DNA of 5,162 nucleotides from a virus (Duplodnaviria; Heunggongvirae; Uroviricota; Caudoviricetes): IMG/VR virus record IMGVR_UViG_2740892369_000030; one strand, 5' to 3'. Shown piece by piece: positions 1 to 5,162 of this stretch (position 1 is its first letter; each line of letters starts with the position of its first letter). The notes under the pieces were generated by a model. It saw only the letters and a program-made list of their open reading frames with translations, ran no database searches and was not told where the DNA came from. The position numbers and the translations under genes were made by a program.

Positions 1-93
1 TGCCCTGGAAAGTTGATCTGAGCTCTCAGTAAATATCAATACGGTTCTGACGAGTCGCTTACGAATGACATGAACATTGTAACCAGGTGAATC

Positions 94-103
94 ATTTGAT
101 ACC
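94..103 (+). repeat. ATTTGATACC 10-mer, copy 1 (candidate protein-binding site near element left end)
   Basis: Exact 10-mer read directly; identical to 189..198 and to the reverse complement of 3436..3445. Confidence 0.6.
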
Positions 104-131
104 AACGAGGGTTTTAGTGAAAGGAGGTGAA

Positions 132-166
132 ATCACCTGTAAGATACTGAAATAAAACAGGTGATG
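132..166. promoter_or_regulatory. Perfect 9-bp inverted repeat ATCACCTGT-N17-ACAGGTGAT; candidate dimeric protein-binding site
   Basis: Arms at 132..140 and 158..166 are exact reverse complements; a further half-site CAGGTGA lies at 84..90. The 17-bp spacer is too long for a typical intrinsic terminator. Confidence 0.4.
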
Positions 167-188
167 TCTGGATGAGCGCTTAAAGTCT

Positions 189-198
189 ATTTGATACC
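189..198 (+). repeat. ATTTGATACC 10-mer, copy 2
   Basis: Exact direct repeat of 94..103, 95 bp downstream. Confidence 0.6.
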
Positions 199-240
199 GA
201 TTGTGCAATAATTAATCGTTTATTCTAAAATCGGCAAAAC

Positions 241-250
241 TTTTGATACT
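241..250 (+). repeat. TTTTGATACT, degenerate third copy of the 10-mer (8/10 match, core TTTGATAC conserved)
   Basis: Read directly; same orientation as copies 1 and 2, 52 bp after copy 2. Confidence 0.4.
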
Positions 251-327
251 GCGATCTCAACTTTTTAAAGCGTTTAAAACTTCATTAAATCTATATGGCA
301 ACTAACATACGGGCCAGCCTCGCCAAA

Positions 328-858
328 CTAACCCGCTTTAGATTCTACCGGATTTGATTGCCTACTTGTCTCGGTTTTTTCCAAAATCTCTCTGACGCAA
401 TCGTCTGGCATATCTACAATCATCAACGCAGCCAGGCGCTTCCTGCCTTCTAGTTGTAATAAATCCTGGTTTTCTTTATCCAGCAGTGTCAGAACCGTCT
501 CTACACCTTTGCGAGCAAGGAGATTGGTTAACTGTTCTCGTTCGTCTTTCGTAAGGAATGAAAGCATCTGTGTAAGTTGATCTCCCTTATCACCAGAACA
601 ACCAAAATTACCACAAATACCAACATCGTTTGGTGATTCACCCTTGCCCTCTTTAAGCCACTCAAGACTAACTCCTTCACTTTCAGAAATTCGTATAAGG
701 ATACTTTCTCTGGGGGCTGGTTGTGTTTGTCCTCCCTTGAAATAGCTGTTTAATGTGTTGATATTGATTCCCCACGCTCTGGCAGCTGCACTTCTTGAAG
801 GGTAGCGCTTTGTAAGCATTCCAATACGTTCAATAACAGGTTCTTTTCCCTGCGACAT
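328..858 (-). CDS. Prophage repressor, positional equivalent of Mu c; N-terminal HTH-like region, no LexA/S24-type cleavage motif seen
   Basis: Minus-strand ORF ending TAG at 328..330. Preferred start is the ATG at 856..858 (protein begins MSQGKEP), which is preceded by AAGAGG with ~7-nt spacing; the ORF-track start at 933 has no RBS. The N-terminal segment SRSAAARAWGININTLNSYFKGG...ILIRISESEGVSLEWLKEG resembles, from memory, the HTH of the phage CI-repressor N-terminal domain family. The C-terminal half (EREQL..., ...REILEK...) is loosely reminiscent of the Mu c C-terminal region. Divergent from ner exactly as c is in Mu. Confidence 0.75.
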   Translation of the reverse strand: MSQGKEPVIERIGMLTKRYPSRSAAARAWGININTLNSYFKGGQTQPAPRESILIRISESEGVSLEWLKEGKGESPNDVGICGNFGCSGDKGDQLTQMLSFLTKDEREQLTNLLARKGVETVLTLLDKENQDLLQLEGRKRLAALMIVDMPDDCVREILEKTETSRQSNPVESKAG

Positions 859-940
859 AAAGATACCTCTTGGTGCTTTTCTAAGGAAAGGTTTCTTTCT
901 ATTTATCCAATTGAAAAATAAGGATAAAAGCAAAAATTAG

Positions 941-977
941 CCAAAATACCAAAAATACCTTGATTTGGTATTTTTGG
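941..977. promoter_or_regulatory. Candidate operator: perfect 11-bp palindrome CCAAAAATACC-N7-GGTATTTTTGG (949..977) plus an upstream direct near-copy CCAAAATACC (941..950)
   Basis: Arms 949..959 and 967..977 are exact reverse complements with a 7-bp spacer TTGATTT. Located in the divergent c-ner intergenic region where Mu carries its O1-O3 operators. Confidence 0.5.
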
Positions 978-988
978 TGATGCATTAT
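961..988 (+). promoter_or_regulatory. Candidate early promoter (Pe-like) for ner-A-B: -35 TTGATT (961..966), -10 CATTAT (983..988), 16-bp spacer
   Basis: Hexamers match sigma70 consensus at 4/6 each. The -35 sits inside the palindrome spacer, so operator occupancy would occlude it. Weak on sequence alone. Confidence 0.3.
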
Positions 989-1028
989 TTACCCGTGCAG
1001 ATATCCGCACGAATATCCGCGCGGGTAA
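989..1028. promoter_or_regulatory. GC-rich nested dyad with tandem ATATCCGC repeats; candidate Ner binding site and/or leader hairpin
   Basis: TTACCCGTGC (989..998) and GCGCGGGTAA (1019..1028) are inverted, 9/10 complementary. An inner inverted pair CGTGC (994..998) / GCACG (1007..1011) and direct repeats ATATCCGC at 1001..1008 and 1013..1020 (12 bp apart) lie inside. Sits immediately upstream of the ner RBS. Confidence 0.35.
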
Positions 1029-1048
1029 CTTTTTAGAATAGAGGAAGT

Positions 1049-1297
1049 ATGAGTAGAAGAGAAGTTTCAGATCACGATTGGCCGCCTGAAATCATCAAGG
1101 CGCGCTTACACATGGCTGGCTTATCACTGCGCTCTTTATCTTTAAAGGCTGGTTACAGCAGGGATTCGCTGAAAAGCGTATTACGTACTCCTTGCCGACC
1201 GTATCAGCAAATAATTGCTGATGCTCTTGGGGTATCGCCTGAAGAAATCTGGCCCAGTAGATACCAGGTTAAGAGCTATATGAGAAAGGCGTCATGA
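1049..1297 (+). CDS. ner: Ner-like DNA-binding protein (Mu Ner / Nlp family, early negative regulator)
   Basis: 82-aa ORF; RBS GAGGAAG 4-5 nt upstream of the ATG. The segment LSLRSLSLKAGYSRDSLKSVL...QQIIADALGVSPEEIWPSRYQ matches recalled Mu Ner (LSLSALSRQFGY...EQIIANALETKPEVIWPSRYQ). Stop TGA at 1295..1297 is 1 bp before the A start, as in Mu. Confidence 0.9.
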   Translation: MSRREVSDHDWPPEIIKARLHMAGLSLRSLSLKAGYSRDSLKSVLRTPCRPYQQIIADALGVSPEEIWPSRYQVKSYMRKAS

Positions 1298-1298
1298 T

Positions 1299-3389
1299 AT
1301 GTATGTCATTGCAAAAGAACTGATTGGCGCGCCCGGAATGCCTGCTACAACAAAAGGTATTCGCCAGGCATTACAACGTTACGTACAAGGGAAAAGCTGT
1401 TGTTCCCGTCGTCGCTCAGGCTCTAAAGCAACTGAATACAGCATCGACTGTTTACCTGAAGTGACGCAGCAGGCATTACGTGAACGTTATGCCCTGCAAC
1501 TGATGACGCAAAAAGCCGATGAATCACCGGCTCCGGTGGTGACAAAGGCCAGACGCTCATCTGACGTGGTTGATGCGGTGGAGGCATATCGCGGATCACC
1601 ACAACTGATGGTCGAACGCCTCAATGCCCTGACTGAAAACCAGCGCCAGGTGGCTGATGCACGAATCGCGATCGTCAGCGAAGTGATGAAAGTCGCGCAA
1701 CAACCCGGTTTCAGCTGCGCGAAGGCTATCCGGTTTATCGTTGACAACCTGGCACGTTCACAGCTGGACGAGCGCATTGTGGCAATGGTTGAGACGGCGA
1801 ACGCCAAAAAGGGAAACAGCCGTGCGTTGAGTGAAATCACGCTGAAGCGATGGATTGCGGCCTTTAACAAGGCACAGAACGCCGCTGAACGCCTGCTTTT
1901 ACTGGCACCGGGTAAACGCCAGGAAATAAAAGCCGAAGATATTAACTGGCTGCCCGAATTTCTGGCGCAGTATCGCCAGTCAAACGGCCGACCAATGACC
2001 GAGGCTTACGAGGATTTTGTCGCTGAATGGCAGCACCGGCACGCTGATGAGCCTTATATGCTCGATATCATGCCGTCTTATGACACCATTCGCCGCGCAA
2101 TGAAGAAACTGCCGGAAGTGGTGAAACAAAAAGGCCGGGTGACCGGCAGTGAATACCGCCAGCTTGAGGGATTCACGCGCCGCGACTGGTCCAGAATGCC
2201 GGTGAATTATGTCTGGATTGGTGACGGTCACGGCATGAAGCTGAAATGCGCACACCCGGTTCACGGTCGGCCATTTGCACCGGAAGTGACCTTTGTTATC
2301 GACGGTGGCACGCGCTTTGTGGTGGGCTGGAGCCTTGACCTGGCTGAAAATGTTTTCGCCGTAGCCGGTGCCATACAGCACGGCATTCGCCATCACGGCA
2401 AACCGTTTCTGTATTACTCGGATAACGGCTCCGGGGAAACCGCCGACATCCTGGATAAGGAGGTTGTGGGGATACTGCCGCGACTGGGGATTAATCACCC
2501 GACCGGGATTGCCGGTAATCCGCAGGGACGAGGCATTATCGAACGGCTTAACCGCACATTACCGATGCGCATAGCCCGTAAATACCGCACCTATTTCGGG
2601 AAAGGTGCAGATCGCGAGACGTTACGCAAAACCAACCGCGATTTACGCTCGGCATTTACTGCCCTGCAACAGGGCAAACGGCTGAACGCCCGGCAGCAGT
2701 CAGCGATGCGTGATTTACCGTCCTGGTCTGAACTGATTGATGCCATTCGTGATGGTGTTGAGTGGTACAACAACCGGCCGCACGATGAATTACCGGTGAA
2801 GCCGAACGGCAAGCATTACAGCCCGGCGGAGTTCAGAAAAAAACGCCTGGCGGAAGAGGACACGGAAATTGAATGGCTGTCCGATGTGGAATTGCGGGAC
2901 ATGTTCCGGCCGATGGTGGAACGCCCTGTAAGACGCTGTGAAATACGCTGGCTGAATAATATTTACTACGCGCCCGAGCTGCGTGATGAGCATGGCCGCA
3001 AGGTGCTTATCAGCTATGACATTCATGATGCCGAACGAATTACCGTACGTCGCCTGGATGGCAGCGTGATTTGCGAGGCGGTATGGGACGGTAATAAACG
3101 CGAAGCCTTCCCGGTTAGCGCGGAATACTACAAACAGCAGCAACGCCTTAAAGGCATGCGTAAACGCGCAGAGGAAAAAATCCGTGATGCCGAGGATGAG
3201 GTTGTCAACGTGCTGGAGCACAAGCCGCAGGAGCCCTGGCTGGAAAACATCTATCGCCCGGTAGGTAATACGGTGGCCGTTCAGCAACCTGCCATTGATG
3301 ATGAGCCTGATGAAGAATACGAGCGCAATTTCCAGCGGGGATTGCAGTTGCTCGAAGCGAAATTAAAAGAAAATGACCCGCTGGCCTGA
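1299..3389 (+). CDS. A: Mu-type DDE transposase (MuA homolog)
   Basis: 696-aa ORF. N-terminus YVIAKELIGAPGMPATTKGI parallels the MuA start (WVSPKECANLPGLPKTSAGV). Candidate catalytic triad: D309 in WIGDGHG (codon 2223..2225), D375 in YYSDNGSGE (2421..2423), E415 in GIIERLN (2541..2543), by analogy to MuA D269/D336/E392. Acidic C-terminal tail DDEPDEEYERNFQRGLQLLE resembles the MuA C-terminal MuB/ClpX-interaction region. Confidence 0.95.
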   Translation: MYVIAKELIGAPGMPATTKGIRQALQRYVQGKSCCSRRRSGSKATEYSIDCLPEVTQQALRERYALQLMTQKADESPAPVVTKARRSSDVVDAVEAYRGSPQLMVERLNALTENQRQVADARIAIVSEVMKVAQQPGFSCAKAIRFIVDNLARSQLDERIVAMVETANAKKGNSRALSEITLKRWIAAFNKAQNAAERLLLLAPGKRQEIKAEDINWLPEFLAQYRQSNGRPMTEAYEDFVAEWQHRHADEPYMLDIMPSYDTIRRAMKKLPEVVKQKGRVTGSEYRQLEGFTRRDWSRMPVNYVWIGDGHGMKLKCAHPVHGRPFAPEVTFVIDGGTRFVVGWSLDLAENVFAVAGAIQHGIRHHGKPFLYYSDNGSGETADILDKEVVGILPRLGINHPTGIAGNPQGRGIIERLNRTLPMRIARKYRTYFGKGADRETLRKTNRDLRSAFTALQQGKRLNARQQSAMRDLPSWSELIDAIRDGVEWYNNRPHDELPVKPNGKHYSPAEFRKKRLAEEDTEIEWLSDVELRDMFRPMVERPVRRCEIRWLNNIYYAPELRDEHGRKVLISYDIHDAERITVRRLDGSVICEAVWDGNKREAFPVSAEYYKQQQRLKGMRKRAEEKIRDAEDEVVNVLEHKPQEPWLENIYRPVGNTVAVQQPAIDDEPDEEYERNFQRGLQLLEAKLKENDPLA

Positions 3390-3398
3390 AATAAAAAA

Positions 3399-3429
3399 TA
3401 ACCCGAGCGGCGACTCAGGTTATTTGATT
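3399..3429 (+). terminator. Terminator-like hairpin between A and B: stem TAACCCGAG / CTCAGGTTA, 6-nt loop, followed by T-rich ATTTGATT
   Basis: 9 stem positions with one C-A mismatch (3399..3407 pairing 3414..3422), loop CGGCGA, then TTTGATT. Begins 10 bp after the A stop codon. Could be a partial terminator or attenuator rather than a full stop. Confidence 0.35.
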
Positions 3430-3445
3430 AAACAAGGTATCAAAT
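3422..3445. promoter_or_regulatory. Inverted pair of the ATTTGATACC motif: forward ATTTGATTA (3422..3430) and exact reverse-complement ATTTGATACC (3436..3445)
   Basis: 3436..3445 GGTATCAAAT is the exact reverse complement of the left-end 10-mer. ATTTGAT (3422..3428) and ATCAAAT (3439..3445) form a 7-bp inverted repeat with a 10-bp spacer. Lies immediately upstream of the B RBS. Confidence 0.45.
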
Positions 3446-3459
3446 GAGAGGTTAATAAT

Positions 3460-4392
3460 ATGACTGATATTAACGATGTAATCAAGACCATTGATGAACT
3501 TATTGATGGCGGCGTACTGACGCAGTATGCCATCGCCAGAGAGGCGGGAATTTCCGACGGCACATTATCGGCTTTCCGCAAGGGGAAATATAAAGGCGAT
3601 AACGCCGCTGTGGCTGCTTCCCTGCGTTCCTGGTATGAGAACTGGAATAAACAAAGCGCACTGCCGGAACCGCCGCAGTTTGTGGAAACGCAGACAGTTC
3701 AGGAGCTGCGCGCACTGTTTCAGGCGGTTCGCCTGATGGGCTGTATTAACGTCATTGTGGGCGTGCCGGGGGTAGGTAAAACGGCCACCGCCCGTAATTA
3801 CTGCCAGGAGCAACCAAACACCTGGATGATCACCCTGTCACCCGCGCACTCCAGCGTCACGGAGTGTCTGCTGGAGCTGGCCGATGCGCTGGGGATTGAT
3901 TACACCCGCGCGAACAAAGGGGCATTATCCCGCGCCATCCGCCGTCGCCTGATGGGAACGCGTGGACTGGTGATTGTGGATGAGGCGGATCATCTTGGTA
4001 TTGACGGTCTGGAGCAACTCCGGGCAATTCAGGACGCCACGGGGATCGGGATGGTGCTTATTGGTAACCCGCGCGGATTGTTTAAAGGTGGACGCCGCGC
4101 CTTTGATGATTTATCGCGCCTGTTCAGCCGTCTTGCCCGTACAAAACAACTTCGCAAGGCCAAAAAGGCGGATGTGCTGGCCATTGCCAGGGCATGGGGT
4201 ATCAGTGGTGAGGCCGAGCTGGCCGTCATGCAGGCTATCGCTGAAAAGCCGGGAGCGTTACGCGTTCTGACACATACGCTTAACCAGGCGTGGCTCACCG
4301 CCAGCGGTGAAGGTGCGGCGCTGACAGAAAAACATATTAATGCGGCCTTTAAAGAGGTTTATACCAACCCTGAATTACTCTCACAGGTGTGA
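3460..4392 (+). CDS. B: Mu B-type target DNA activator, AAA+ ATPase (MuB homolog)
   Basis: 310-aa ORF; RBS GAGAGG ~8 nt upstream. Walker A GVPGVGKT (3760..3783) and Walker B LVIVDEAD (3967..3990). Extensive similarity to recalled MuB (PEPPxFVETQTV, LSRAxRRRL, KPGALR). Size matches MuB (312 aa). Confidence 0.95.
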   Translation: MTDINDVIKTIDELIDGGVLTQYAIAREAGISDGTLSAFRKGKYKGDNAAVAASLRSWYENWNKQSALPEPPQFVETQTVQELRALFQAVRLMGCINVIVGVPGVGKTATARNYCQEQPNTWMITLSPAHSSVTECLLELADALGIDYTRANKGALSRAIRRRLMGTRGLVIVDEADHLGIDGLEQLRAIQDATGIGMVLIGNPRGLFKGGRRAFDDLSRLFSRLARTKQLRKAKKADVLAIARAWGISGEAELAVMQAIAEKPGALRVLTHTLNQAWLTASGEGAALTEKHINAAFKEVYTNPELLSQV

Positions 4393-4394
4393 TT

Positions 4395-4616
4395 ATGGCG
4401 GTATTTTATATTCCTGATATTTACGGACGCTTTTACCTGGTTAATTTCGATAACGTGAAGGTGATTTCACTGGCCGAAAATAAAGAATGTGGCGATTTAC
4501 TTTTTGAATTTAATGACCGCACACGAATGGTGATATCTGCCGGACTTGATCGCGAAGGTGCGACAGACGTTTACAGCGGAATATGCCGTTCTGTTGGTGC
4601 GAAACAAGTCAGCTAA
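4395..4616 (+). CDS. Small hypothetical early protein (73 aa), first gene after B; positional equivalent of the Mu kil/semi-essential region
   Basis: ATG at 4395 is preceded by AGGTG (4384..4388) at 6-nt spacing and lies 2 bp after the B stop; a GTG at 4389 overlapping the B stop is an alternative start. No recognisable motifs; function not inferable from sequence. Confidence 0.5.
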   Translation: MAVFYIPDIYGRFYLVNFDNVKVISLAENKECGDLLFEFNDRTRMVISAGLDREGATDVYSGICRSVGAKQVS

Positions 4617-4628
4617 ATGAGGTGTTAT

Positions 4629-4883
4629 ATGAATATGCAATCCTGCGGTAACAAAATGAATTTATTCGACTCCCTGAACAGCGCGCGCCGTCTGACCGAA
4701 CTTGCCGGTGCGGTACTGGAACGCAGTAAGCGCTACCCACAACGTTTTGCACTGAAAACCACGCCGCCGGTAGGCAACGTGCAGGGAACCGGTGAAATTG
4801 AAATCACCATACAGACCAACGGCCTGCGCCGCCGTGTGAAGGCCACCCGCATCAGCGGCTGCACGGTTTACTGGGAGGTGTGA
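4629..4883 (+). CDS. Small hypothetical early protein (~84 aa)
   Basis: The ORF opens at the ATG at 4617, directly after the previous stop. Better-supported starts are the ATGs at 4629 or 4635, downstream of GAGGTG (4619..4624). Stop TGA at 4881..4883. No recognisable motifs. Confidence 0.45.
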   Translation: MNMQSCGNKMNLFDSLNSARRLTELAGAVLERSKRYPQRFALKTTPPVGNVQGTGEIEITIQTNGLRRRVKATRISGCTVYWEV

Positions 4884-4884
4884 G

Positions 4885-5162
4885 GTGAAAAAAAATCTCA
4901 TTGCATGGGCGTGGTCGAGTGGTCTTATTGAGTTTGGTTACGTCCTGCCGGAAGGTGCATTGCCGATAGTTGCCGGAAAGCCTGCCACGGTACGGCATGT
5001 GATTGAGGTTATGGCGCGTCATGGACGTGATGAACAGGAGCAGTTACTGGTTCCGGGGATACCGGAAGCGGTGACGGAGGAAGAAGCCTTTAATGCCATG
5101 ATTCGGTTCTGCCGTGAGGTCAGACGCCGGGTCAGTTATCCAAACAGAACGAGGACCAGAGG
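4885..5162 (+). CDS. Hypothetical early protein, 3'-truncated by the window edge (GTG start)
   Basis: My own translation from GTG at 4885 (VKKNLIAWAWSSGLIEFGYVLPEG...), preceded by GGAGG (4874..4878) at 6-nt spacing, stays open for 92 codons to the window end. Absent from the ORF track, presumably because it has a GTG start and no stop in the window. Begins 1 bp after the previous stop. Confidence 0.45.
   Translation, partial: MKKNLIAWAWSSGLIEFGYVLPEGALPIVAGKPATVRHVIEVMARHGRDEQEQLLVPGIPEAVTEEEAFNAMIRFCREVRRRVSYPNRTRTR

Larger units (their letters stand above)
1..5162. mobile_element. Mu-family transposable prophage, left/early arm (partial; continues beyond the 3' end of the window)
   Basis: Gene order repressor(-) / ner / DDE transposase A / ATPase B with ner-A spacing of 1 bp matches the Mu early region. 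Gene sizes (176-201, 82, 696, 310 aa) and distances from position 1 are close to what I recall for Mu. The window begins with TG, the dinucleotide that starts Mu ends, but the true terminus cannot be proven from this window alone. Confidence 0.85.

Noticed and set aside
94-250. IHF consensus sites (WATCAANNNNTTR) at the TTGAT-containing repeats
   Set aside because: Only the ATCAA/TTGAT core matches; the flanking positions do not fit the consensus at any of the three copies, so IHF binding is not supported by sequence alone.
190-327. Intrinsic terminator for the leftward repressor transcript
   Set aside because: Only weak AT-rich inverted repeats (e.g. CCGATT at 197..202 with AATCGG at 229..234, and TTTTAAA/TTTAAAA around 264..280), with no GC-rich stem followed by a U-tract on the minus strand.
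859-933. 25-codon N-terminal extension of the repressor ORF (start at 933 as in the ORF track)
   Set aside because: No Shine-Dalgarno precedes that ATG, and the extension (MLLSLFFNWINRKKPF...) would be translated from the AT-rich operator region. The internal ATG at 856..858 has a strong AAGAGG RBS.
1487-3287. Antisense ORFs inside the transposase gene (1487..1870, 1980..2498, 2591..2812, 2790..3287, minus strand) and the plus-strand alternative-frame ORF at 2368..2574
   Set aside because: They lie entirely within a transposase reading frame strongly supported by its motifs. They have no RBS or motifs and are typical shadow ORFs of GC-richer coding DNA.
3422-3445. FNR-type site (TTGAT-N4-ATCAA) reading of the A-B palindrome
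   Set aside because: The half-sites are separated by 10 bp, not 4, so it does not fit the FNR/CRP-family geometry.
3500-4298. Alternative-frame and antisense ORFs inside B (3500..3715 -, 3527..3736 +, 3565..3813 -, 3974..4270 +, 4029..4298 -)
   Set aside because: Embedded in the B gene, whose frame is confirmed by Walker A/B motifs. Their translations are low-complexity and Arg/Cys-rich, as expected for out-of-frame reads.
4662-4901. Minus-strand ORF overlapping the second small early ORF
   Set aside because: Opposite in orientation to the tightly coupled rightward operon, with no RBS; the plus-strand ORF fits the operon context better.
1-5162. CRISPR arrays, tRNA or rRNA genes
   Set aside because: No regularly spaced direct repeats of CRISPR type and no cloverleaf-compatible or rRNA-like segments were seen; the window is almost fully accounted for by protein-coding genes and short control regions.

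Overview
This window reads as the left (early) arm of a Mu-family transposable prophage, probably enterobacterial. In order: an AT-rich ~330-bp region with recurring short motifs; a leftward repressor gene (328..858, minus); a ~190-bp divergent control region with a perfect 11-bp palindrome and a GC-rich dyad; then rightward ner (1049..1297), the DDE transposase A (1299..3389), the AAA+ target-DNA activator B (3460..4392), and three small translationally coupled early ORFs, the last running off the window. All four core genes look intact, with no frameshifts or internal stops. Calls rest on motifs visible in the translations (DDE triad candidates, Walker A/B) and on recalled similarity to phage Mu Ner, MuA and MuB; no database search was run. 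The most interesting points are: (1) an exact 10-mer, ATTTGATACC, present twice at the left end and once inverted in an unusual 70-bp A-B spacer; (2) a repressor whose N-terminal DNA-binding region does not resemble the transposase N-terminus, unlike the Mu arrangement; (3) densely packed dyad symmetries in the c-ner switch region. I see no rRNA, tRNA or CRISPR array, and nothing here clearly falls outside a Mu-like phage, so the novelty claims are limited to regulatory architecture and the uncharacterised small ORFs.
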